Assembly (NCBI GenBank): GCA_043228905.1
Contig: JBHGNT010000005.1
Span: forward strand, 8,928,001 to 8,992,000
Direction: 5' to 3'
Source: Azolla caroliniana
Taxonomy: Eukaryota; Plantae; Polypodiophyta
Length of the DNA: 64,000 nucleotides
Both the position numbers and the translations under genes were made by a program. The notes under the pieces are model-generated. The model was not told the origin of the DNA. It saw nothing but the letters and a program-made list of their open reading frames with translations, and made no database searches. Position 1 is the stretch's first letter; the number at the start of each line of letters is the position of its first letter. Of the stretch, positions 51,035 through 62,588 are shown in pieces.

Positions 51035-53242
51035 TGCAGATTCCTCAGCCCTGGAGAGGAACAATGGCTTCTGCAATGGAGAGCAAAGTTACTTCCGTTG
51101 TTACAACGATTAGAAATAAGATTTAGGTAACTATTGTTTTGCTGGTATGTGATTGTGTTATAAATAACTTTAAGGGTAAAATGTGCTAATCAAGCATTAT
51201 CTGGAATAGGTTGCGCAACAGGAGCTTGAATTAGAGGGGCCACTGGATCCCCAACGTAAAATACAAAGTTACAAATAGAGATCCAGGTTCTTTCAATGAA
51301 CCTGGACCTTCTAGGTGTAAATACTGTTGCAGATTACAATTTGGATAAGCTTCAAGTAAGTTAACGATTCCTGAGCAAAGTTGGTGTATCTTTCAACAAC
51401 AGGAACAATTAATCGGTAAATTTCTATGTTGTGTTGAAGGAACAATACATTCATCAAGAACAGGTAGTTAGCTGCCTTAAGAAGCAGCTACATTTTGTGG
51501 AGGGAATGGTAAGGACCAGACAGGATTTGGACCTGAACATTCTTGCTCCCTTACCAAAAGAAGCAGGACCAGAAAATGATTTATTGACAGTTCAAGCACG
51601 TTGCATCGCTTGCGGGTTAGGTGTGGAGGACAAAACTGTGTCTTTGTTGGTTCACCTAGAACCATGCAACCACACATACCATCTGCTTTGTTTTCAACAT
51701 GCCTGTCGAATTGCTGCATTCTGTTTGGGAGATTGCAGTACAGCTCTACCAAATGAGTGGAGAAAACTAATAGGTATACCATATTGTAGCTAATAAGCTT
51801 AGTCTTTTCTAATTAGCTAAGCCGTAAAAAGTATGGAAACTATTTTGCTACTATCGTTGTAGCTAATTAGCTACTACCATAGTTGATTAAAGCAGCTAAT
51901 AGTTATCCTATTAGTTAATTAGCTACTGCCATAGTTTACTACATTAGTTAATTAGCTAAGTGGCAGCTAGTTAGCTACTAGCTAATTAGCTATCCTACTG
52001 GCAGCTAATTAGCTAATGCCAGCTAGTTAGCTACTAGCTAATTAGCTATGAGTAGCTAATTAGCTAGCACCATAGTTGTGTAAAATAGCTAATTAGCTAT
52101 CCTACTAGCTAATTAGCTATTGGCAGCTAATGAGCTACTAGCTAATTAGCTATCCTAGTAGCTAATTAGCTATGGTACTAGCTAATTAGCTAGTACCATA
52201 GTTGTGTAAAAAAGCTAATTAGCTATCCTACGAGCTAATTAGCTACTGGCAACTAATTAGCTATCCTACTAGCTAATTAGCTATCCTACTAGCTAATTAC
52301 CTACTGCCATAGTTGTGTAAAGTAACTAATTAGCTACTAGCAGCTAATTAGCTATCCTACTAGCTAATTAGCTATGGTACTAGGTAATTAGCTAGTACCA
52401 TAGTTGTGTAAAAAAGCTAATTAGCTATCCTACTAGCTAATTAGCTATCATAGTAGCTAATTAGCTACTGCCATAGTTGTGTAAAGTAGCTAATAAGCTA
52501 TCCTAGTAGCTAATTAGCTACTGGCAGCTAATTAGCTATCCTAGTAGCTAATAAACTATCCTAGCTACTACATAGTTGAGAAAGTAGATAATTAGCTATC
52601 GTTGTAGCTAATTAGCTATCGTACTAGCTAATTAGCTATCCTAGCTTCTACCATAGTTTAGTAAAATAGCTAATTAGCTATCCTAAATAGCTGCCATGTT
52701 ATTGTAGAATCTTGTGGATTAAGGACGGCACATGATGTGTCTGGTGCTGATGACGCTGCAACAGATGAGGATACTGCTGCCAACGTGGCTGAAAGTAAGA
52801 GTCCTGCTATCACATCTCCTTCAGATCAGCTGCACCCTATTCTTTTGGAACAGTGTACTAAATTAGGCAACGATGTGAAATGCCATGAAATAGTGGAAAC
52901 AACATGTAAAATTGAGGTTCACAACAACAGTGTTTATGAACACTTGATGCAACATTTCTTCGAATCTCAACACCTTGATTCCACCCCACCGAGCCCAACT
53001 ATTGAAAATGTCCAAACAGATCCCTCTGTACTTGAAAAGCTAGTTCAAGAAACGGCTGATGTGCAATTAGCTACTAAGGTGATGGGAAGGTTGTCGGAGG
53101 AGGACACACTTGCGCATTAGGTGAAAGAAGCAAGGCTAAATGGGGAACCGACCAGAAAAAGGCTGAAGAAGGGGCCACGATCGGGAACAAGATCAGTTAC
53201 TCAATCAAGGGGCCCAGATGTAGTGGAGCGAAATACTGTTTA
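51035..53242 (+). pseudogene. Spliced RING-finger accessory gene (decayed), with an acidic last exon
   Basis: RING-like CIAC...CNHTYHLLC...CLGDC in 51431-51773. Phase-1 intron 51774-52707 joins in frame to exon 52708-53242, which has an internal TAG at 53118. Upstream exons have frameshifts. Confidence 0.6.
51790..52695. repeat. Satellite-like array of palindrome TAGCTAATTAGCTA (intronic)
   Basis: Dozens of copies separated by short variable linkers (tcctac, ctggc, tggtac, ccatagttgtgtaaa). Confidence 0.95.
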
Positions 53243-53492
53243 GTTGGATATGATTGTTAGCTTAGGGATTTTGCTAGGGTTTTATGAAGTTTTACTATCC
53301 TATTGGACAAGTAAAACCTCAGATTGGTTGTTGCTTGATCCACATTATGTAATGGAACTCTATGATGTTTTACCAAGATAATTTGAAGAGTGTTGTTCTA
53401 TGACTGAAACTCTTTGATGTTCAGGATGTTGTTTTGTGAGACTGTTAGTTACTTTGTGAGTGTGAATATGTTGGTGTTTTTTGATGTTGCAG

Positions 53493-54508
53493 AGTCTAAA
53501 GGGTTTGATTCTATTGCTCGTAAGGCCAATGGCAGTGTGGATACTGTTGATGTTGCGGCATGTTTAAAGGGCCCCATCTTGAAAGTAGATGTAGCAACTG
53601 ACACAAGTGATCTGGTTACACAAGTTGATCAAGCATGTTGCACGGATGACTTGGTGTTGCAGGTAGATGCAGCATGTAGCACGGATGACTTGGTGTTGCA
53701 GGTAGATGCAGCATGTGATACCAGTGGACTGATATCGAGCAGATCAGTAGCTACATGCACCGAGGTAATCCAAGGATTGATAACTAAGTCGACAAAACAA
53801 GAGCACCAAAATGTGAAGCCAGGCCCAACACAGTCGACTAGGGGTTTGAAGAGGAAAAGGACGCCAGTTGTGTCGGCCGAACCTGAGCTGATTGAGATTG
53901 ATCGTATCCTACCAGAAAATGGTGTAACAGCGGCTTAGTTTTAGGAATGGAAACCTAAACCACTAGAAGTCGAAAGAAGAGCCTTGATCTTGGAGCTTGA
54001 TAAAGTCTTAATGAGTGTGAGATATATGCAGCCAAGGAGGGACGTGAATCAGTTTCTAGAGTGGGTTGTGCAATACTTTGATTTATTTATTTGGAGTGAA
54101 AAAACAAAATCAAATGTGTGGAAGTGTTTGGCAAGATTCTTCCCAAAATGGCGAAGTCGTTTTAAAGGTCAATGGGCACGAGAAAATTGTGAGCAAATGG
54201 AAGCTACAAGATTCAAGAGACTTTTTGATTTTTGGGCTACTTGGCCTGAATATAATGCCGACAATACATTGATTTTGGATACAGAACATTTCCGGCACTA
54301 CTTCAATATTCGGAGATGCTGTCTCATTCTACCCGAGGAAATGCCTGAACAGTACCTGGTGCAAACAGTGAGCTGCCAACTAGGTGCATGGTTGTGGACT
54401 CCATACCGAGCTCGATATGCGGATAATATATGTAGACTCGTTCCACTGACTAGCAAGAGCTTAGCTGTTTATAGGAGATTTGTAGACATTTCCAATGGTA
54501 ATTTATAA
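53493..54508 (+). pseudogene. Exon encoding 13-aa repeats and an FCP1/NIF-type HAD phosphatase-like domain, with two in-frame TAG stops
   Basis: ORFs 53414-53938 and 53984-54508 share a frame (AA*F*EWKPK). Motifs ALILELDKVL, PRRDVNQFLEWVVQYFDLFIWS, WARENC, KRL, NTLILD. Acceptor gttgcag at 53492. Confidence 0.6.
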
Positions 54509-54836
54509 ATATGTAAAGAGATGACATTATTCAATGAAGAATTTAATTACTTGTTCCCACTGTACTTATCTACTATGTAATTTGAGGAATATGTTGCAGA
54601 TTGTTGATTTCATGCTATTGATGACTATTTAGTTATGGACAGCTAATTAGCTGCATTTGTACAGCTAATTAGCTACTGATGACTATTTTGCTATAACTTA
54701 TAACTTAAAACTTAACAAAAAAGACATGATTTTATTGAGAAAGAAGCATAGAAAGCAGACTGTATACAAGAAATTGATTCTCAAACGAATATATTTAACT
54801 GTTTTCGCGAAATACAAATTCCATGGCTACTTGTAG

Positions 54837-57800
54837 CTACAAATTCCATGGCATACTATTGTAAATACATTCATACACATTAGCACCAACAGTGTATAAA
54901 CTTGAGCAACTATTGTATTCTGACATTGGGGCGTTGATGCACCTGACCAAATGAGAGTACATGTACGCCGCTGGTTTGTCTTCTAACAGCCTGTACACAT
55001 ATTCGTAGTCATCTAGTTTTGCATAAAAAATGCCTTCGATGTAGAATGTCCCGGCAGATACAAAATTTCCCCATGCATCTACAATATTCTGCCTTGCACA
55101 CTATTTACTAACTGTGCACTTTAATATATAGAAATTAGCACCCTCTGAATTGCCTTCTTCAACATTTGCAACGAAGTTATCCCCAACGTTCAGGACATCA
55201 CTCAAAGTATCTCCAAGTCCCTCATATGTGAAGTCAACATTCTGCCCTGTTTCTCCATCAACTGCTTCCTTATCATTCAGAGTGTGATACTCCCAATTCT
55301 GAATGTATGCTTTGTTTAGACAATATCTCCAATTTCCCTGCACACAATGGAAGCAAAAACAAGTCAATTCTCTAACCGCAATACAATGACCATCCAACCT
55401 TGAATAACCGCGAATAGCATGCAGAGATCGCAATTCGGGAATTCCTTGGCACTCCAAGGTCTTCTCCCTATTTAGTTCATCTATCTTCACTTCCCAAAAT
55501 TCATGTTTGATATCTCGGACTTGCGAGGAATAAACACCTGTTGCACTCGTTGACATATTTGTTCTTAAAAATTCAACTACATGTGATGCACAATTCATGT
55601 GCACACCATCTGTCTTTAGTTGTTCATGGGTAAGTGCCCGCTTTATAACAGCCCATGCACCATCATGTTCACCTTTACCATGGCCAGACCCAAAAAAATT
55701 CCATCTCATCTCCAAACCTGTTATAGTAGGATACCTCCCCACAAAATAAAATGGACGTCGAGCCTTGAATTGTGACGCAGCTCCATCAGACCAGACCCAA
55801 TGTTGAGTAAGCTCCAAACGTTGAGCTAATAACCACTGCCAATGTAACTTAAAACAGTGTTGGACGAACAAGGTATCATGCTTCTTATCATCGGAAATAA
55901 AGAAATGAATTACTTTTTTAACATCACATGAAACTCGAAAATATGTTATGTGCACAAAAATGGTTACTTGAACTGAACACCAATGCATAGATTGAATTTC
56001 ATTATGCTGCTTGAAGGTATAATTCTCTGCGAAATCTACTACTGAGACTACTACATCATTTGGGAAATCAAATATGCAAGTCTTAAACTGATGGGCCTGC
56101 CATGAATAAATGAAGTTGTGTTTAATGAACTTTCCTAGAGATACTACAAACAGAGACACCAAATCCCTTGGTTTAAGCATCTTCCGAACTAGATCCTTTC
56201 TTTTACACACCTTTCCTTCGAAATTGGTGTTCACTGACTCAAAGCACTTCACAGAGATCAATATTTCACTACTCAATTCATTTGGACACCACCTAAATCT
56301 AGTAGGGCCACAATCTTGACATAAACCCATGACACATTTATGAATATGGAAGATAGCGTCAGTTTCTCTCGCACACAATATTGAATCTAATAAATAACTC
56401 ATGGAAGAGATAACGTGCTCAGATGATTTACACTCCTCTTGCGGGCTTGATCGACAGATTGGGCACCCACATGTGCAAACTGTATTAGTTAGGGATGCGC
56501 TATGGTGACGTAGTAGATTAACAGAGTCCTTCAGAAAACCCATTTGTACATGGTAAATGCAACAACATGTGTATCAATCCTTTAAGCGTCTCACAAAGTG
56601 TGGCTTAAGAGACTCGAATGTTCGTAGTTGAACTTTGATAGTTGGATGCATTCGTTTCAACCTAATAAATAAATCGACCTGCGTAATAAAGGGGAATTAG
56701 TTATTCTCGTAACTAGCTAACTATCCTAGTAGCTATTCTAGTAGCTAATTAGCTATTCTAGTAGCTTATTAGCTATTCTAGTAGCTAATTAGCTATCATG
56801 GTAGCTAATTAGCTGTCCTAGTAGCTAATTAGTTGTCCAAGTAGCTAATTAGCTATCATGGTAGCTAATTAGTTGTCCTAGTAGCTAATTAGCTATCATG
56901 GTAGCTAATTAGTTGTCCTAGTAGCTAATTAGTTGTCATGGTAGCTAATTAGTTGGTCTAGTAGCCAATTAGCTATCATGGTGGCTAATTAGCTTTCCTA
57001 GTAGCTAATTAGCTATCATGGTAGCTAATTAGTTGGTCTAGTAGCTAATTAGCTATCATGGTAGCTAATTAGCTGGTCTAGCAGCTAATTAGCTAATTAG
57101 TTGGTCTAGTAGCTAATTAGCTATCATGGTAGCTAATTAGCTGGTCTAGCAGCTAATTAGCTATCATGGTGGCTAATTAGCTGTCCTAGTAGCTAATTAG
57201 CTGGTCTAGTAGCTAATTAGCTATCATGGTAGCTAATTAGTTGGTCTAGTAGCTAATTAGCTATCATGGTGTCTAATTAGCTGTCCTAGTAGCTAATTAG
57301 CTGGTCTAGTAGCTAATTAGCTATCATGGTAGCTAATTAGCTGGTCTAGTAGCTAATTAGCTATCACGGTGGCTAATTAGCTGTCCTAACTAATTAGCTA
57401 TCATGGTAGCAAATTAGCTGGTCTAGTAGCTAATTAGCTATCACGGTGGCTAATTAGCTGTCCTAGTAAGCTAATTAGCTATCATGGTAGCTAATTAGCT
57501 ATCATGGTAGCTAATTAGCTGGTAATAACGAAATAGCTAACTAGCTACCAGTACAACTAATTATCTGGTAGTACCTAAATTAGCCATTGAGAATAGCTAA
57601 TTAGCTATCATGGTAGTAGCTATTGAGAGTAGCCAATTACCTATGTAGTAGCTATCCTAGTAGCTAACTGAGGTAAATGTAACTGATAAGCTAATTAGCT
57701 TTTCTGCTAACTGAGCTAATTAACTTTCCGTGTAGAGTCAAAACAAATGTTGAGATAAATGTAAATACTTGAGGTACATCAAGAAGATGAATGGGATGCT

Positions 57801-58505
57801 CCTCGTATTGATTTATTCCAACACGTTTCCTACATAAATCCTTTTTATTGGGTGAAACCCTACTCTCATTAGTCCAAAACATTGTGATTACATCCTTGAT
57901 TTCAAATGTTATGGGTGTCATTGGCTTACATCTTGTAGTTAGCTTTAGTAGACTAGTTCCTTCACCCGAGGAAATTATACGGTTCATTGTATTGTACACT
58001 GTTTTTCTACTAACACCAATTACCTTAGATAGCTCACTGATGTTTATATCGTCAACATCACTATTAAGTAACATCATTAGACTAGACCTTTTTAAGACAA
58101 GATCATCTTCTGACCTGCTCATGGATACGAAACTATTACGAAGATTATTTACTAAAATAGATGATATGTTTGCATTAAGACCATCACAATCAACTAAGTT
58201 CTTTATCGATGGATCATTACATATTCCATAAAGTACTACCTTCTTTTCTTCATTGCTGATGTGCTTGGTTTGAACATTGAAATAGTCTACAACCTTTCTC
58301 TCTATGATGGTAGTCGCATTACTTACATTCTCAACTAAACTATCCTTACCTTTACTAAGTGTGGCTTTCGTATCCTTCAACAATTGATGATGTTTCCTTT
58401 TTTTTCTGCCCAATAGTTTCGTATGGCTTCTTGTGTCCTGATAGCATTATCCCTATCCTTATGATCATTGAGGGGTAATTCTAAACACCCTTCTTCCCCT
58501 TCCAT
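54837..58505 (-). pseudogene. Sola2-like transposase, 2 exons, with in-frame stops and a 5' frameshift
   Basis: Exon 1 to 57769, intron 56679-57768 (GT-AG, phase 0), exon 2 from 56678. Motifs FESLKPHFV, TCCCIYH, VVDFAENY, EIQSMHW..QVT, FISDDKKHD, WSDGAASQFK, WNFFGSGHGKGEHDG, CFCFHC. Confidence 0.75.
56700..57725. repeat. Second array of palindrome TAGCTAATTAGCTA, ~20-bp period, inside the transposase intron
   Basis: GTAGCTAATTAGCTATCATG alternates with GTAGCTAATTAG(C/T)TG(T/G)(C/T)CTA, giving a 20/40-bp periodicity. Confidence 0.95.
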
Positions 58506-58810
58506 TTAGCTGGACATGTTAAAACCCTAAATTTCCAGAAAAAAAACAAGTATTTAAGATGGCTATGGGCAATAAAAATACACAAAAATATTCCACAATA
58601 CACAAGATTAGACACAACAATACACAAGATAATCAATAGACAGAAAAGTTATTGCAATCCAAGACCGAACAGTAGAGGAGTTCACTCCGTTGGATCGAAC
58701 AGTTGAGGAGGCGATCCAAGACCGACCAATGGCGATAACTGAGTGTAGAATGTTGCCGTTGGATGAGTGAACTCCGTCAAATCGAAATGTGGAAGCAATC
58801 CGGGACTAGA

Positions 58811-59506
58811 CAGTAGCGGCAACTGAGTATAGAATGATGGCAATGGAGGAGAGAACCCCGTCAGATTGAACAGTTACCGATGATGCTTGGAACGCACATA
58901 GAAGGCACCTAAGAGTAGAGTGGCACAGAGAAGAGAACCCCGTCAGATTGAACAGCTCTTTGATGATGCTTGGAACGCACAGTAGCGGCCCCTGAGTGTA
59001 GAGTGGCAAAGAGAAAAGAACCCCGTCAGATTGAACAGCTCTTTGATGATGCTTGGAACGCACAGTAGCGGCCCCTGAGTGTAGAGTGGCAAAGAGAAGA
59101 GAACCCCGTCAGATTGAACAGCTCTTTGATGATGCTTGGAATGCATAGTAGCGGCCCCTGAGTGTAGAGTGGTAAAGAGAAGAGAACCCCGTCAGATTGA
59201 ACAACTCTTTGATGATGCTTGGAACGCACAGTAGCGGCCCCTGAGTGTAGAGTGGCACAGAGAAGAGAACCCCGTCAGATTGAACAACTCTTTGATGATG
59301 CTTGGAACGCACAGTAGCGGCCCCTGAGTGTAGAGTGGCAAAGAGAAAAGAACCCCGTCAGATTGAACAGCTCTTTGATGATGCTTGGAATGCACAGTAG
59401 TGGCCCCTGAGTGTAGAGTGTCACAGAGAAGAGAACCCCGTCAGATTGAACAACTCTTTGATGATGCTTGGAACGCACAGTAGCGGCCCCTGAGTGTAGA
59501 GTGGCG
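58811..59506. repeat. 83-bp tandem repeat, 8 copies, upstream of the transposase
   Basis: GAACCCCGTCAGATTGAACAGCTCTTTGATGATGCTTGGAACGCACAGTAGCGGCCCCTGAGTGTAGAGTGG recurs at 82-83 bp spacing; the overlapping minus-strand ORFs are offset by exactly 83 nt. Confidence 0.95.
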
Positions 59507-59819
59507 GCAGGTGGACTCGATAGGGTTTAGCAACAGTGGTAGCAACTAACCCACAATACTCAACTAGAGATGGCCTACGTGATGTGGCAAAGGATCATGT
59601 ATAATGGACCTAGGAATTCGATATATAATTTATGGTACACATTTATGGTGCACACATCAATTTATGTTGCACATTTATGACACTCATTTACATATGTAAT
59701 TAAAATAGTCTAGTATTTTCAATGGTAGTTTTTTGCATACTTAATTTATTAATGATGGCTTTTTACTAAAATGACTATTTATCAATGGTAGCTTTTTGCA
59801 TAGCTAATTGTTTCCACTC

Positions 59820-62588
59820 GCATGCTTTCACCCTTAACTCCTTTGTCGGCCGGGTAACACATGGCACACCCGTGGGATAGTACCTTGTATGTCGAATCCC
59901 ACAATCTAACCCTTAGCCTTCGTCCAAGATATCATGAATACTCTGCTCCAAGGTGTCCAATGGTTCTTCGGGAATCTGTTGTTGCTGTTGTTGTGGTTGC
60001 GGCTGCTGTTGTTGTGGCTGCTGCTGCTCCGACTCTGGTTCCTCCGACTGTTGCTCCTTGGATGGCGTTTGTCCGGCTCTCGGTACCGGCGGTTGTGGCG
60101 GTGATTCCTCCATCAGCTGCTCTGCCAGATTTGACTCCGGTTGACTTGCCCCGGCGATGGCTCCTCATCGCTGAGGTTGACGGTCGCCGCCTGCTTTGCT
60201 TCTTCTTGCCGTCGCCTGGTCCGCTCATAGCTTTCAAACTAGATTTGAGCATCCAGTCGATCATCGTCCAGTTGTGCTACCAGTTGCCGGACCACTACTG
60301 ACTACTCCTCCGCCAGAGTTACAAAGTCTTCTACTAACTCATCTCTTACGGCGGTGAAGTCCTCCTTTGTTAGCATGTAGCAGTTGTCGCCATCCTTCTG
60401 CCGGTTTTCCATGTCCGCCCTTAGCAACTGGAGCTCGGTTGTGTGCTTTGCCCATTTGTCCCACCATTGCACGAAGCTTTCGTCAATCAAGCGTTTTGTC
60501 TTGCTCCTCCATGCTTGGACAATGAATTGGATCCGCTCAAGTCCCATCTTCGATTTGTCCTCTGTGGCTTGCCGTTCTTCCTTCAATTGCTTGATCAGAT
60601 TCACCGTATCCACCTCCTGCTCCTGGTAATGTGACAATTGGTTTTGGTAAGTGTTCTGCAACCTCTGCAATACCATTGTCGCTCTTTCCTTTTTTTCATA
60701 ATGCTACTTATGGAGCTCTATACGTTCCTGCGTGGCTTCCTCCTCGGTAAGACGGGGGCGGACGAAGTGCGAAACCCTTACCGGCCAGTTACAGTTTCGG
60801 AAGGAGCCGGCAAGGGCAAACACGGGGAGGTGTGTCGGGCCGGAAAGGCACACCTGGGGAGGAACAAGAGTCTCGCAAGTGGCCATCACGGGCCAGATCG
60901 AAGCGTGACTACGGGACGATGTTCGGCACAGGCGGTGCTAAACAAAGGAAGTGGAAGACGGCACAAGGGAGGTGTCGGGAATGAGGTGACGAGTGCATAG
61001 TGGACTGCACAAGGTCAGAGTCAGGGGATGACAAGGAAGTTCAGAGGAGGATCCTCCACACTCGCTTCATAGATCTCGGCAGCTCAGTTAGAGTAGCGAA
61101 GACTAACACGGCAAGCCCGGGATGACAAGCTGGTGGGGGCGAGGGGACGACGGCAAGCAGAAGACTCAAGACTTGTTGCAGCATCGCAAAACAGGAAGAG
61201 CCAAGCGGGCTACTACGGGGTGTTGCTCGGATGCGGAGGACACCGGTACGCGGATGAGCGGCGATGCACGATCTAGTCGGGAAAGGGGCCGACAAAGCGT
61301 GCAAAGAACCGGAGTGCAGCACAAGCAGTGCCAAACAACGGATGAGGATATGCGGTACATGCAGGTGCCGGAGCGGAAAGGCGAGCGCGAAGATGGGTTG
61401 TGTGGTTCGGAGGAAGCACGTAGAAGGCCAGAGAAGGATCCTCCACACCGTTCCGAAGACCATGGCGGTTCGAGCCGACGTGGCGACGTAAGACCATGGA
61501 GAAGGAAGGTGGCGGCGAGAGGACGAAGGCAACACGAAACAACATGGGACGGCAATCAGGACAACACGAATGGTCGACGGAGGCCAAGTGGGTCACTACG
61601 GGCATTCCTCAAGCGGAGGACATCGGGCATACGGTGGAGAGCGGGGCGTGCATACGACCGAACAAGGGCCAACAGAAGTACGCGTACTATAGAGATCGCG
61701 GTGAAGGACCCATCGACGGGTCGAACGAGCCTACGGGGAGGTAAGCACGAAGGAAGAACTGAAGCCGACGGTTCAAACCGGCAGCGAGCCGGAATGCGGA
61801 TTACGGAAGACCGGTTTCTCACCGGCCGAAATCTCTCACCCTTCACCGGATTTGGCACGTACCGGTGGACGTGCGGTTTGGTGGGGGCGGATGTCGTGAA
61901 GAATTTCGGCAAGAGGCGGAAACCGGGAAATATTGGCTATATCGGCGGGGTGCACCATGTGCATTCACCCTCGTATAATTGTGTGAATAATAGGAGTTAA
62001 GTCGGGACGAAGAATCCCATGTAAATCGGGATTTATCCCACATCGTAACGCATCCCTCTCCTTGTTCTATAAAAGGAAGGGATGGTCCCTTGTAGAAGGG
62101 TTGCCCATTTTGAGTTAGGAGGGTATACCGTTAGGTTTAGTATTCCGTTTATCTTTTCTTCTTCTTCTTCTTCTTCTTCTTCCCCTTCGTGTTTGCTTAG
62201 GGTTTGCTTCCGCTCGGCCTCCTGTGCAAGACCCCGCTCGGCGCGACGAGCCCCAGAGCTCCCCGACGGCGGCTTGGCAGCAGACGACTGCTATAACCTA
62301 CCTTGGTCTGGCTTGAAGTCGGGGATGTATTCTTTTTCCCTTGTAATATACATATTTGCATCTGTCTGTGCATATCGGTGTATTTGGTGGTGTCGGAAGC
62401 ACAACCCCTTGCTTCCTATGCATAAGAGTCGATGTCACGCGCACGCTCTCCCTCTCCTTTGTCTCTCTCTCTCGCGTTCGGTTGCCTCCAGAACACGTCC
62501 GCAGTCGGTTTCTCAGCACCCCTTTTCTCCCTAGTCCGAGACCCCTGTGGTCCCCCCCTTCTGCACGCACGCGCATAACAACGCGACA
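59820..62588 (+). mobile_element. 3' part of Gypsy element B (internal region with antisense ORF remnants, PPT, 3' LTR 61892-62588)
   Basis: PPT GGTGGGGGCGGA and LTR termini TGTCGTGAAGAA...AACAACGCGACA match element A, but the LTR interior differs. Confidence 0.8.

Larger units (their letters stand above)
51031..59819 (-). mobile_element. Sola2-like DDD DNA transposon with accessory gene(s), left end truncated
   Basis: Transposase motifs at 55101-56543, candidate GAG terminus at 59819 (GAGTGGAAACAATTAGCTATGCAAAAAGCTACC on minus), and the AGCTAATTAGCT motif shared across the whole span. No second TIR found. The superfamily call rests on my recall of motifs. Confidence 0.6.

Noticed and set aside
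51790-57725. Palindromic arrays as CRISPR or telomeric repeats
   Set aside because: Linkers are only a few bases and recur, and the motif is not TTTAGGG-like.
58811-59506. CRISPR-like array, or a set of repeated 67-aa genes
   Set aside because: Whole 83-bp units repeat with no unique spacers and no cas genes. The ORFs arise from a period not divisible by 3.
59953-60144. Cys-rich ORF resembling a metallothionein
   Set aside because: It is the translation of a TGT/TGC triplet run antisense to the low-complexity tail in the Gypsy B internal region.
61041-62000. Overlapping ORFs of 292, 164 and 129 aa as host genes
   Set aside because: GC-rich retroelement interior, open in several frames, and the longest runs into the LTR.
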